Shown piece after piece: positions 10,452 to 23,025 of a stretch of 64,000 bases of DNA. The notes under the pieces were generated by a model. That model had not been told where the DNA came from, searched no databases, and was given only the letters and a program-made list of their open reading frames with translations. Source of the DNA: Podarcis liolepis (taxonomy: Eukaryota). Positions within the stretch are counted from its first letter, which is position 1. Each line of letters opens with the position of its first letter. The position numbers and the translations under genes are program-made. Location of the stretch: the NCBI GenBank assembly GCA_965112155.1, contig OZ218105.1, one strand, 5' to 3'.

Positions 10452-11087
10452 TTTTTAAATGACACTTTATTTTTAAAAATCCACCTTTTGCATATGATTT
10501 TTTTTCCTGAAGGTTTTTGAGCAGGTCCCACCACCAATTTTCCATTCCATGTGTTGATGGTCAGACTGTGGAGGGGGACATTTCACGGAATAGTCATGTG
10601 GGGGGGGGGGTTGAGAATAAGTGTGAAATCCTCCAGCGGTTTGGGTGGGGGCAAAAAAGAACATCCACGACATCTATCATCAGACCAGAAGACAAAAAGT
10701 TTTTATACAAGGTAACAGCTTCTCCTCAAAGCCTTTTATTTGTCGGGGGGGCAGTTCATTATTTTTATGTCCTTATCTCTGTGGAGAAGATCAGCGATGG
10801 ACGCTCAGGTACACGGGGCGTTCGCACATGAGCGTGTTTTTAGCTCGATGCGCTGAGGTTCTCCTCCTTTTCTTATTGTCTCATTCTGATTTTTCTTATA
10901 TTCCTGAGATTGGGGAAACCCCTTATTGTGCTGCCTTGAGCTCCTGTCCCCCGGGATTACTCCCCTGGGTTTCGGGGCAACTTACGCCTTCCATTGCTCC
11001 CTTCTAGCTCTCTATGTGCCGCATCTGTCTCGAGACAGCAAGAGCCCAGGCTCTGACCCGATGCTGAACACGCTGATCCGGAAGTCC
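10452..11087 (-). mobile_element. L1-type 5'-end-containing element without ORF1/ORF2 (candidate non-autonomous retroelement)
   Basis: Minus strand starts GGACTTCCGG like the L1 at 4972, is CpG-rich, and ends AATAAAGTGTCATTTAAAAA. No TSD found. Confidence 0.45.
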
Positions 11088-11198
11088 AGCCTTCTTATGT
11101 ATTGATTGGGCTGAGTAATCTACCCAACTGAATTGCACTATTTAACCCACTTCCAAATAGCACAGCCAGATCTCTTTCAACATGGATTAAGTTCAGGG

Positions 11199-11270
11199 CT
11201 GTTGATTCACTTTGATCTGTCAGTAGCTTTTGAAACCTTCAGCCATGATATCCTACAGAACCAGCTCTGT
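11199..11270 (+). mobile_element. Ancient L2/CR1-group RT fragment
   Basis: Translates LLIHFDLSVAFETFSHDILQNQL (cf. LLDLSAAFDTxDHxIL). Confidence 0.65.
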
Positions 11271-11654
11271 GTGGGATAAATCAGCCTCATTTAATCAATG
11301 ATCTAATTGATTCTTGAAAGGGTTAAGATCACAGAGTAAGCTGTACTGTCAGGCTTACCTAGGTCACACCCTCTCATCTTGGGAGGAAGAGTTACCAAAC
11401 TCTCTATTCTCTTTCCTCCCACTATGTGAACTCCCTAGTAAGGATGTCTCAGCTTTATGCTCCAGACTTAGACTGTGACTTTAGCAAGCCATATTTGTGT
11501 TTCTATACAAATAATTTAGAATCTGTCTCCACTTTGGAACCTGTGTTATACTGCCTGTCTTTTCTTGCCTCTGTATGGAAAATTGCATGAATTTAAAAGT
11601 TTGTTAGGAAACAATTTTTAACTTACCTATCATGTGGTCTTTTTCTATGCTAGG

Positions 11655-11965
11655 GGAAGTAGAGGAGGGAGAAAGGTTGTTTTCTGCTGCTCCAGAGAAG
11701 TGGATACGGAGCAATGGATCCAAACTACAAGAAAGAAGATTCCACCTAAACATTAGGAAGAACTTCCTGACAGTAAGAGCTGTTCGACAGTGGAATTTGC
11801 TGCCAAGGAGTGTGGTGGAGTCTCCTTCTTTGGAGGTCTTTAAGCAGAGGCTTGACAACCATATGTCAGGAGTGCTCTGATGGTGTTTCCTGCTTGCCAG
11901 GGGGTTGGACTCGATGGCCCTTGTGGTCTATTCCAACTCTATGATTCTATGATTCTATTCCATTC
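11655..11965 (+). mobile_element. Young CR1 LINE 3' end
   Basis: ORF2 C-terminus ..RSNGSKLQERRFHLNIRKNFLTVRAVRQWNLLPRSVVESPSLEVFKQRLD, then the CR1 3'UTR and an (ATTCTATG)n tail. Confidence 0.93.
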
Positions 11966-12259
11966 TAAGTAGGGAACTTTGGAAGCAACTTTGAAGGGGA
12001 TATTTTAAAGGTCTAACAGACTGCATTTCCATGCTTTACTTTGGTGCATGCTTTGTGATTTTAAATCTCTGCTGGAGCTTTCTCACCAAAGAGTACTTGC
12101 CCCAAACCTGGATCTAGTCATCCAGGGAATTCTCCTTTTATTTTACTGTAATCAACCAACACTCTGTGGGATATGGAAAGCAGGGGCATAGTGATACTGT
12201 GGTTCCAGTCCTATCTATAGTGTTGGTTTCAGAAAGCAGCACTGGAGAGCTCTGCTCTG

Positions 12260-12420
12260 AGATACTGCAAGTTCCATTTGATCCTCCATACAGTGCTTGA
12301 AGTGGTGAGTGAAATCATTCCAGGATTTGGATCAATATGCTGAAGACACTCAGCTCTACTTCTTTGATATCTAAGTCAGATATAACTATGCAGCTACTGA
12401 ACTGGAATCTGGACACTGTA
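12260..12420 (+). mobile_element. Ancient L2 RT fragment (YADD region)
   Basis: 12333-12362 translates QYAEDTQLYF (L2 YADDTQLY). Probably the continuation of the 11199 fragment, interrupted by the CR1. Confidence 0.6.
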
Positions 12421-14254
12421 GTGGACAGGGCAATAAATTGAGATTGACTCATGACAAGGAGGCAAGGTAGTTTTTGTGTCTGTTAAGCTGGTGTTAAACT
12501 GGTTCTGGAGGGGGGTGTACTTTTCATGAAAGAAGTAGGTATATCTCATCATTGTCATTTGAAGCCTAGGTGGGCTTCATGGCTCAGAATACCTTTTCCC
12601 AGCTTTGATTTTGTTGGACAGAGATAGCTTTGTCATAGTGCTCTGCAGTGCCGCATCATATCTCATTGCTCCTAAAGCATTCTGGGAAATCTGGTCAGTG
12701 GGAAGTGGCACAAGAGTCTCTTGACAGCACTTCCTAGAATGCTGTTGGAGCAAAGCAACCTCACATTACATCACACCCCTCCAAAGGCATTACAGGAAGT
12801 GCAGCCAGCAGGAGGCTGTGAAGACATCTTCATGCCATAATGAGCCATTAAAATGGTGGAGATGGGGTAATCTTCAGCCACCTCCAAGGTTAAGTAAGGT
12901 TGGCAGTAATGCCCTTCAAAAAATAATAATCAGAGATTTCTGCCCATCCCAAGAAAGCAATACTAGAAAATTGGTCTTTTTTTCAGGAATAGAATACTTT
13001 TGGGAAACTGGAGGTGGAGGAAGGGAGGAATTATAGCCTGACCCTACAAATAAGTCATACATAAGAACTGCTCTCCATTGTAGGTCCCAGCATGTGAGAA
13101 AGGAAAGATAATGAAAGCTTATAGTGGGAGAAGTATGCCTCCAAAATGACTAAGCCTTTGGGCACAAGAAAAGCTGCCAGAAGCTTTTGGGACTCTTGTC
13201 ACTGACATATCAAACTGTGAATCAAAGAACTGCTGACAAGGATGGTCATGTGTCAACTTAAGAAATCCACTGCATGTATTAGAAAGGTGCAGTTCTCCCA
13301 CCCCCATCTTTTTTTAACTCCTTCAATCAAGAGTGTTGACAACTCACATGTAAGTCAATGTTTCATAATCTTAATGGCAGCTGCAGTGTGATTTTTCAGC
13401 AAACACAGAACTTGAAGGCAATAAAGAAAGGGTCAGCCTCTGAGGTTGTTTCTGAAAATAGTGGCTTTGAGAAATGTTTCATATTGAAACCACTTCAGAT
13501 AAGACTGTCACTGGTAATATTCACTGATTGTTGCACATGATTCAAAAAGAATGGAGCAAAAATAGCTTACCATCAAGGTCTCTAAGGTTCAGACCCCTTA
13601 CTTTAGAGATGGAGAACCATAAGTATAGGAGCTCAGAGTTGCCCTTCAGGCCTTTCAGTCTGACTCTCAGAACTCTCCCCAAGCCACATGCCCTCTCCTT
13701 GGATAGGAATAGAATTATCAGTGAGAATTATCTACCTATACACATACGAGTGTAAGGCAGTTATCACATAGCCCTCAATGCAGGGCTGAAGGTAAAAAGG
13801 GTGCTTTTCATTGGAGGTGAAAAAGAGTGCTTAGCAACTGTAATGTGTAGGAGGAGGACGATGCAGGAGATGACTACTGGAGTGCTTTGTGTGCAAGGCA
13901 GTTTTCACAAAAGGAGGGAGGAGGCATTGGCATGGAGGTGAAGGTGAAAATGGGTACAAAGCAGTGCTACAGAATAGAAGAGAGAAGTTACTTCAGAAGA
14001 GGACTCAACTTTATCCATCACTCACCTGTATGAGTGGAAAAACAATAGAAGTACTGGAGACAGACTCCATTTTCAAGAAATACACACAGAAAAAGTCCAG
14101 GAGAATTGGCCTTTTTTGGGAGGGGGTTATTTCTGGAGATCTGGTGTGGGGCAGTAGAACTGGCTGAGTGTTAAGCTGTGCCTCCACCTATGTAGATAAA
14201 CATACACATATTCCAAAATGCCATAAGCTTCCAGCAAACTCCTTCCAGAGGAAA

Positions 14255-14372
14255 CCAAACCCAGACTAAGTTAGTTGAGCTTAGTCACCACTGAAAAGAA
14301 TGGGACTTAAGTGAAGGCATGTCATTAATTTCAGTAGGATCTAAATGTAATCTGCTTAGTCTGGATTCAACC
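14255..14372. mobile_element. Palindromic MITE remnant
   Basis: Inverted ends ccagactaag / cttagtctgg. Confidence 0.5.
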
Positions 14373-16447
14373 TGGTGTGTTTTAGTTGACTACAGATACT
14401 TGCAGACTGTTATTGTAGAGTTGTATTCAATCCCTTAATGGCAAATTCTGATTACATAATTATATTGGGTGGTCTTTCACAACAAACATGCTCCCCTAAA
14501 GGATTGGACTTTTTTTGCAATAAATAAACTGATCCAAAAATGCCCTGGAAAGTGTGGAATAACACTTGCTTTGGTGCAATAACACCTAAGTGCCTCACAA
14601 ATATTTCACAACGATTGCTCAGTGAACATGCCATCTGGAAATACCCCGTGTGGTTGTTAGTTTGTGTTTCTAGTGAGCTGATAGGGGCAACTCATGGTCC
14701 CAGTGACATTTGCAGCCCTATTTTGAATATACTCACAGTAGCAATTGGACTCTCTACCTGCTTTCTTCCCTTTTTTTTTAACTTGAAAACTAAAAAGGCA
14801 GCCCTTGGACTACCTTCAAATGCCATAAGACAGTGTACACATTCTAAAAGAACTTTGCAAACATTCAGAGATGTGCAAAGCCAAAGTCTAACTGTTGCGA
14901 AACCTCCCACCTTGTGATAGGCAAAGATAAAAGCAGTGCCTCTAAAGATTATCTGAGGGAATGAGTTCAAAAGATTGTTCATATGAGAGAAGGCAGTTCT
15001 TGGCTTTCCTGCTCCCAGATCATTGAGCCCACTGAATTGGTCCATGGTGCCTACTGCGAGGGAGCTGTGCAACTGACACAATATTATTAAACCTGTGGAA
15101 AATGTAACTTGAAAAAAGACACGTTGTGCATGCCTTTGTAAACCAAGAAAACTTTAATAAAAAATTTTAAAAACCCACAATAATTAATTACATTACATTG
15201 TTAAAATTAAGTTGCTGCTTTTTTAAAAAAAATCACTCCATAATAAAAATACACAACAACATGATCCTATTAAAATATAAAGGTTCATAATTTAAAAGCA
15301 TACTAAAGCAAGCCCATTAAAACACCACCACCACTAAAACAAGGGACCTGGTTGAAGAGATCAAAGGAATGCCTTTGTGTCTTCAAAAACTGGTGGAACA
15401 CCAATACAGATGGAGCCTCTCATATTTTGCATTGCAGTAATATGTCCTTCTTGACAAACTTCTTGCTGTTGCATTCTGGACTAGCCATCGTTTTTCAAAG
15501 GGTGAATTGTAGTTATCATGGCATATGTGACAATGGCTATATTGTTTTTATGCAGGAGAGGACACAGCTAGCACATCAGCCTAAGGTGGTACCAGTTACC
15601 ACTGCCCATTGTCACCACAAAGGGCATCAAGTAACAGCTTCCTGAACTCAAGCGATATTCAAAAAGCACTTTGCAATTTATTATCTTTGAGCTATTTTAC
15701 AAAGGTTCATTATGGAAGGTGATCTTCTGGGTCAGGATAGAGTAGGAACAAATCTAGTGTTAAAAAATGCAGTGCTAGAAAGTTGGGAAGGGAAAGCAAA
15801 ATGGATTGCAAATTTATCTCAGGGTTGATTTGTCTACCAGAAGGCTACATAATATAAAGAATGTCTGTAAGCCTCAGGTCTCAGAACAATATTTAATGCT
15901 CAAATAGCTTTAGAATTTTTACATTCCCAATAAGCGTGGAAAATTATAAAAGCTTTTTTGCTAATCTATGAGCATATTTGTTAGTTGCAAAAGCATTCTT
16001 TTATTATTCAGGATCTTTGCCATATTCCTATAGAAGCAATGTAGTTGTAATGTTTGTACATTGTGCCATGTTGTAGAGAAACATTTTGGTGAAATCATAC
16101 TTGTTGGCAAGCAGAGCAAAGAAATAGCAGAAAGACTCAAATTCCTTCAGGGATAAATGAACACCAGACAGCAGCTGGTTCTTACGGAGAGGTACAGTTA
16201 ATAGTTGACTTTGGATCCTAACTTCCTGTGAGTCTCTGCTCATGGGATGCATCCATTGGAGTTAAGAGAGAGAGAGAGATGATTACTGCCAATTCCCCCT
16301 TTCCGCCTAAAGAACCCAATGCTGCCAGAAAATCTGCTTCAATGGGTGGGAGGATCCCATGGAATAGTGTGGGAAGTGGTACCAGAGGCTTCAAGGGGAG
16401 GGAGGGTTAGGGGGGAATGCATTCCTGAATGGAATAACAACTTAGAG

Positions 16448-16559
16448 CAGGCATAGACAAACTCAGCCCTCCAGATGTTTTGGGACTGCAACTCCCATCA
16501 ATTCTAGCTAACAGGACCAGTGGTCAGGGATGATGGGAGTTATAGTCAGCCTATGCCTG
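16448..16559. mobile_element. hAT-superfamily MITE
   Basis: TIR CAGGCATAG / CTATGCCTG; perfect 8-bp TSD ACTTAGAG (16440-16447, 16560-16567); internal actcccatca..tgatgggagt hairpin. Degraded relatives at ~29865, ~39580-39710, ~43612-43690 and ~59300-59430. Confidence 0.88.
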
Positions 16560-17722
16560 ACTTAGAGCTTCAGATTACCTTTCTATTCAGCACTCATCCT
16601 GCTTTTCTTGCAAAGATCAGCTTGGACTATAGCTGATCATTTTTGAGCAGTCATCCTGATATGCTTGTGTGGTCCTATCATTAATCATTCATTCACCCCA
16701 CACTTTTTAGTGCATTTCCTTGTCACATTTCTAATAGCAAAAAGACATTTTTTAAAAAAAAATGGATTTGTCATGCTGGGGCAACAAAGCACTTTAATCC
16801 ACTTTAATTGTGCAAACCTAAATTTTGGGTATGTGCTTGAATCCCTTCTGAAAAATACTGACAGCCTGGAGGCAACCTCAGGATCTACCGGTAAGTCCTA
16901 GTAACTTGCAGATAAATGTGTGAACTGCCTCCACTGACAAGCACTGTGTTTCTGCTGATGTCCAGTGATGTAAAAGCTCTGTGGCATTTGATCTGCAATG
17001 GTGTGATTCATGCTGCTGTCACATAGCTATCCTTGTGCTTCAGTGTTTCAATATCAAGGCAGAAGTATAGGAAGGAGCTTCTGATAACCAAACACCTTTC
17101 AGCTATCTCTATGCTGATATCATTAGTTGTATCATGAGGACCACATGGAACAGCATCAGCTGCAGGGATAATTAGGAAACCAGCAGAGCCTGGATTCCTG
17201 TTGCGGGTGAGTGGGAGGCAATATTTTAAGCACACCTGAGCCTCAAAAAGTGCATGGCAATGAGCCCTGAGGCACACGTTTCTCCTTGCAGTGGGAAAAG
17301 GTGGCAAAAGAGTCTCCCCATATGCTTTCTGGGATGATAATCAATTAATTAATCCACAACTGTGCCACTTCTGTCCTGGAGATTATAACATTTAATTACA
17401 AAATGCAGTCCTGAATTTCCAAAGGAGAGATGCCACATGCATGGCAATATGGAGGGGAGAAATAGTATCACAACACAGAAAAGCCTAGCATTTGTAAGTT
17501 CGTGAATGGATGCCTTTGAGAAATTTCCATATACTGTACTACAAACCGAGACATTGACTGAATTGCCTTTATACAAATTACCCATTGAACAATATAGCAT
17601 AAAAATGATTTGGGTGATTCTCAAACTTTAGTCTTCTCCTTCCTGTTGAAACAAGTTTGTACAATGCAAAATCTACAGCCTCAGTGCATATTGCCACCTA
17701 ACTGTGTAGATGTAGATCTAAC

Positions 17723-17865
17723 CAGTCCTTTTTTCTAAAAAAATATTTAAGGGTACTCTCATTTTCCTACTCATATTGTATTGCTGCCCCTCAATGAGGC
17801 CAAAACTAAATTCACAAAATGTTTAGGGGTATGCGTACCCCTGCATCCCCCAGAAAAAAGCACTG
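17723..17865. mobile_element. hAT-superfamily MITE
   Basis: TIR CAGTCCTTTTTTCT / AGAAAAAAGCACTG; 8-bp TSD GATCTAAC / GATTTAAC (1 mismatch). Confidence 0.8.
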
Positions 17866-18164
17866 GATTTAACAATGTAGATTACTGTTTGAGACATGCC
17901 ACCACTTTCACATCTCTGTCTTTCTGTCTATTTATCCCTACCTCCAGCAACCATAACAGCATCGCAAAATGAACATGAAGTTGGAATTATGTGTCTATCT
18001 CAAAACAAGTAGCTCCACCCTCATAGGCACTCTAGTATAGAGTCAAACATTTTTTTTAAGATTTAGTTAGATGCAAGGAAGAGATGTCAGATGCATTATT
18101 ATTCTATAAGGAGAGCTGGTGGCTCTGAAGTGTTGAACCAAGGATACCTCGTTCCACAACCCTA

Positions 18165-18310
18165 CGTAGCAAATGGATCTCACTTTGTGAATTCGGGCCT
18201 GTCATTTTTTACTCAGCCTAACCTCATAGGGTTGTTGTGATGATAAAGTGGAGGATGATGGAGAACTCTGTACAGTTCTTAGATGAAAGAAGGCAACAAA
18301 ATAGGATAAA
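18165..18310 (+). mobile_element. Degraded CORE/MIR-like SINE
   Basis: ctcagcctaacctcatagggttgttgtgatgataaagtggagg is similar to the copy at 20778. Confidence 0.55.
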
Positions 18311-18438
18311 AAAATTAACAAGTTAAATGGTTCCCCTAACAGAGGATGTGTTGTGAGCCCAGATTAGGGAGGGGGTAGACATAATGAGAAACAGTTGCTA
18401 TCTTTTTTATTTAAAATATTTTTACGTCACCTTCTAGC

Positions 18439-18620
18439 AGTGCTATTTTTCTAGAAAAAGAGGTGCTGGAAATCACGAGGAACACCTCCCTTGTTCTTTT
18501 ATAATGGCAATGGCTTTTTTCCCCAGCAGGAACTCACTGGAACTCAGTTCCAGCACCTCTCTGGTGGGCACCATTATAAGAGAAACATCTTATAGGAAAA
18601 TAGGCCTTATAGGAAAATAT
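18439..18620. mobile_element. hAT-like non-autonomous element fragment
   Basis: Left end CAGTGCTATTTTTCTAGAAAAAGAGGTGCTGGAA is related to the TIR at 17723; internal inverted copy TTCCAGCACCTCT at ~18548. Confidence 0.55.
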
Positions 18621-20777
18621 TGAGCATCTACCGTTTCAAGAAAGAAAAATAATGTATGCAGTTAGTTGTTTCAGCACCATGGTCAGCATCCTGGCAAAGC
18701 CTGTGGCTTCACCAGTGCTTCAAAAAATGCTTTAAGACAGTTCATCTGTCTTGAACAAGGGATGCTAAGGAATGGAAATTGGGAATCTTACTTTCTTTGC
18801 TCCTGTAGCTGTTTGCTAGTTGGTGGCTGTGACATACTGTCTCTGCAGGTGGCCAGAGTGCATCTCCCAATTAAGTAAAGAACAGGTGACACAAATGCCT
18901 AATAGGTATACATGGAGTTATGCTTAGTCCTATAATACTGCTCTGCCCTTGAACTGCTCTCAGACTGCCTATCTCCACTTGCCTGTCTGCATACCTGCTT
19001 GCCTACAGACTAGTAATCTTGTCACTTACAATTCCCAGCACGCCTCCTAGTGCACAACTCTCTTGGGTCAGTGAGAAGTTCTATTATTACTTGCCTTCAT
19101 GATTGTAAAACAGGAATTAAATGCCCTTTTCAGCTCTGCCGGGCTGTATTCTATCATAAGCAACCATCTGAAGGTTGCATTACAGCAGGGTAGGGGGTGT
19201 CAGATGCCAAAGTAGGTGGAGCAATAGATTCAACTCTTACCTTTCTACAGTAGGCTGCATTCTGGATGGTGTGTTAATTCACAAAGCCCTATATAACTTG
19301 GTTTGAGGTTCCCTGTCCCAAGCATAAAGGCATGAAGATAAGCAATTCCTTTATGAGAACATTAAGCAAAGCACATTTCACAGTGCTGTGCATCTGCTGC
19401 CATCACATTCAATTGCAAGAAGAGATGAAAGCTAACTAAGACTGGGTGACTGAGATATGAGTTGTGAGATGTGAGATATGACTGGGTAAGAGATATGAGT
19501 TATAACTGTTTGCAACTAGAGTGAAATTTTGGAACTGAAAACAATTGTTTGAGCTAAATCCTGGTAGTAAACCATGGTGAGAAGTATATAAAGTGTATCT
19601 CTAGCTGTCCCTCTAATTATTTTCTGCATTTATGTAGCCAGCCCAGAACCACAGTACTGTGGTCAGCTCATGAGGCAAGAAACAACCACACAAAAAGATA
19701 TTAAGATGCAATATAAAACAATCTTGAAGATATGGTGTGCAAACCAAGAAGTCTCCTGTGCCACCTCTGACCTTATTGGGAAGGCCATGCCAAACGAATA
19801 TGAAGCTGGTGTTGGTGCAGCAGACTCTGTGGCTGTCTTCTGATCCCAGTCTCAAGACTCTTTGGATCCAGCCCTGCACCCAGTGCAATGGCAGTGTCCT
19901 AGAACCTGTTCAATTTTTTGCTTTGAATGACAAACCAGGGGGGGGGGATTAAAAATTCAACAGACACATGTAAGCAAAATAAAGCTTGCAATGTAGCTAC
20001 ATTCCCATAATTGTAGCCATTATCCCTATTAAAGCAAATGGATTTCCCCCCCGGTCCACAACATGGAATAGTTTTAGCACAGAACTATAGATTCTCTACT
20101 TACATTATGGTATGTCAGTAAACCAGGAAGCTCTCGGCCCTACATTCTACCCCCCACCCCACCCCACCCCATCCCACCCCATGCATGCATGTATTAAATT
20201 CCTCAGCTGAACCACAGCAAAGTAGCAAAGAGCAGGATTTGGCTTCACCTCTTCTGTCAAGCATCAAATTTGAACCATAAATGATTAGGGCATTCTGAAA
20301 TAAAGCACTGCAAATCTCTCCAGGCTAAAACAGTGGGAGCTTAGCAGTACACAGGGAGCACAAGAAAGAAAAAACAAGAATAACAAGATGAGGTACTCTT
20401 TGTTCCGTCCTACAGTACATGAACTGAGATGTGATGACCTAGACAGTGGGTCACATTGATGCAATGTCCTAATAGCAGAGAAATTAGATTAAATGTTCAT
20501 CTCACAGTCAGCTTCCTGTCACCTGAAAGTGTCTTAAAAGACCCAGAGATGTGATAGATATATCACAGGAATGAAAAACAGCTGTGCTGCCAAGATTCTT
20601 AGGGGAAATCATCAAATTCTCCATAGAGTATGCAACTCCAACTTACCAAAAACTTTAGAGGGAGAAATGAAAGTTGCCTCTGAATTTCTCTTTAATTTCC
20701 TCTTCTGAGGTCATAAGTTGCTAAGGACTGGTTCTCACATTCCTTTTTGAGATACTTTGTTCTTTGGCATGCTACAT

Positions 20778-20952
20778 GACCTGGAGTACCAGGGTTCAAA
20801 TCCCCATTCAGCCATGAAGGTCATTGGGTGACCTTGGGCCAGTCGCTTTTCCTCATCCTAACCTGCCTTACAGGGTAGTTTTGAGGATGTATTGAGGAGG
20901 GAGAGAACTATGTACAACATCAAGGAAAATGTGGGATATAAATGCAATAAAT
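20778..20952 (+). mobile_element. tRNA-head CORE SINE (MIR/Squam3-like)
   Basis: B-box GGTTCAAATCC, CORE-like gggtgaccttgggccagtc..cctaacctgccttacagggt, tail gggatataaatgcaataaata. Confidence 0.75.
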
Positions 20953-21389
20953 ACAAAATATGGTCACTATTTTTCTGTGATGAATATTTTCAGTGAACCA
21001 GCTTGGGGGGTAGCAGGTCTCATTTAATTACACAATAGCTACATTTTGTGTTGATGCAGCAGATAAAATTAGATGGACTTTATTGCACCGGAAGAGTTGG
21101 AGGAGGGGAAGGAGGGAATCGCATGGAAAAGACATTTAAGTTCTATCAGACTCCCCCCTCCCACAAGGATTAATACTGAGAGATCCTAGCTGGCAGATCC
21201 AAGCATTCCCCTGTAGATGTGTTCCTGTGCTGTCAATAATGCTCAGTCAATTGAATGTAAAAATAGAATTGTGAGTCATTGGTGGTTTTTAAAAAATGAT
21301 TAAATTGGGGTCTATTTGACTCCAGCATTTGATTAAGTAAAGTACTTTTTGCAGGCGTAAGAAGGGAAATGTTTAATTATTTGTTACAA

Positions 21390-22150
21390 TATTCTATATT
21401 TATTGCAACTGACAAGATTAAATACATAGCAACAACAATAAGATCCACACAAAAGAGCAAAAACACCCTCACCATACAAATAAAGAAAAAGACTACCTTT
21501 CTTTTAAAAAAACAACAACTAAAATGCATGGACAAATAAAAATGTCTTTATATGGTGCAAAAAAAATTTTAAAGGCAGCAGTCCTGGCATTCCATAAGTG
21601 CTAGTTATGGAAGAGCATTTCATAACTAGCACCTATTCCTGACGACTGACCACCTCATCTAGAGGAGCTGTTAAAAGGTAAAAGGACCCCTGAACATTAG
21701 GTCCTGTCGTGGCTGACTCTGGGGTTGTGGCGCTCATCTCGCTTTACTGGCCGAGGGAGCCAGTGTACAGCTTCCAGGTCATGTGGCCAGCATGACTAAG
21801 CCGCTTCTGGCGAACCAGAGCAGTGCATGGAAACGCTGTTTACCTTCCCGCCGGAGTGGTACCTATTTATCTACTTGCACTTTGACGTGCTTTTGAACTG
21901 CTAGGTTGGCAGGAGCAGGGACCGAGCAACGGGAGCTCACCCCATTGTGGGGATTCAAACCGCTGACCTTCTGATTGGCAAGCCCTAGGCTCTGTGGTTT
22001 AACCCACAGCGCCACCCGCATCCCAGAGGAGCTGTTAGGGTGATGTTAATAGTCGTTTTCATGTATGAGAAGGCAGTCTTTCAGGTACTAAAGTTCCAAT
22101 CCATTTAAGGCTTTCAAGGGAATGTCTGACACTTTGAACTGTGTTCCTAA
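21390..22150 (-). mobile_element. Old L2 3' remnant, interrupted by a Sauria SINE
   Basis: L2-like sequence on both sides of the SINE (ggaagagcatttcataac..; gaaggcagtctttcaggtac..ccatttaaggctttc..cactttgaactg). Confidence 0.55.
21674..22024 (-). mobile_element. Sauria SINE, full length
   Basis: Head GGGATGCGGGTGGCGCTGTGGGTTAAACC on the minus strand, ACCTTT tail, perfect 13-bp TSD AGAGGAGCTGTTA (21661-21673 / 22025-22037). Confidence 0.95.
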
Positions 22151-22556
22151 ACTTACCAGTAGCAAGGGCACTTGTTTCAAAACTGATAAGATGTGTTCCC
22201 TTTCAATCTAATTTAGTGATTATTGAAAGCATTTTCATCCTCTTCAGGAAGGGGGGGGATAAAATGTGTTCCCAAAGCAGATTACAAATGTCAGTGAGAA
22301 GACCATCCCTGCCCTCCAATTTACATTCTAAAAGATATGACTCAAAAGGAAAAGGGGTTGGAAGGGAAGAGGAAAAGAGCAAACACAAGAGCAAACACAG
22401 CCAGTATTTCTTCATTACAGAGTTCCTGCATTGGCCAGCTGGAACTGAATGATTTCTAGGAGAGGAGGAGTCAAAAGTTGTTGGTCTTTCAGCTGAGATG
22501 ATGGAGATGTCCTGGAGTCCTGTCTCTCTCTCTCCCTCTCCTGCAGCCTGATGGAA

Positions 22557-22570
22557 TTATTATTATCATT

Positions 22571-22614
<44 letters not shown>

Positions 22615-22653
22615 TACCCCGCCCATCTGGCTGGGCTTCCCCAGCCACTCTGG
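22557..22653 (-). mobile_element. L2 extreme 3' end with (TAAA)n tail
   Basis: (TTTA)n at 22573-22614 followed by taccccgcccatctggctgggcttccccagccactctgg. Confidence 0.75.
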
Positions 22654-22679
22654 AATGGCTGTTGAGGACAGTTGAGGTC

Positions 22680-23025
22680 ACCTTGCCACTACCAATTTAA
22701 GTTTCTGAATAGAATGTGAGGTATACCATGTACAATGGTTTAAATAAGGTGTTATGAGAGTGTGGATAACCACGATCTGTCTAGGAAGAGATGCGGCAGG
22801 TGTACCATTAAAACACCTGGTATATTCTGCCCCAGAAAGCACACCATAGACAAAAGAACCCCATAGCTGTGAATCTGTCCAGAAAAGGCTGAACACTTCA
22901 ATAATATATTGCTTTAAAACTGAGGAGCGAGAGAGGCAGCACATAATGGCAGTCACTGTACTCCATGCATTAGTCACCTTGAGGGTGGATAATGGCGATG
23001 TGCTCTATGTGGAACTGTCCTTGCA
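22680..23025. mobile_element. Two oppositely oriented ancient L2 RT fragments
   Basis: Minus strand VVIHTLITPYLNHC..IQKLKLV; plus strand VLHALVTLRVDNGDVLYVELSL. Both resemble L2 xHALVTSRLDYCNALYxGLP. Confidence 0.55.
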
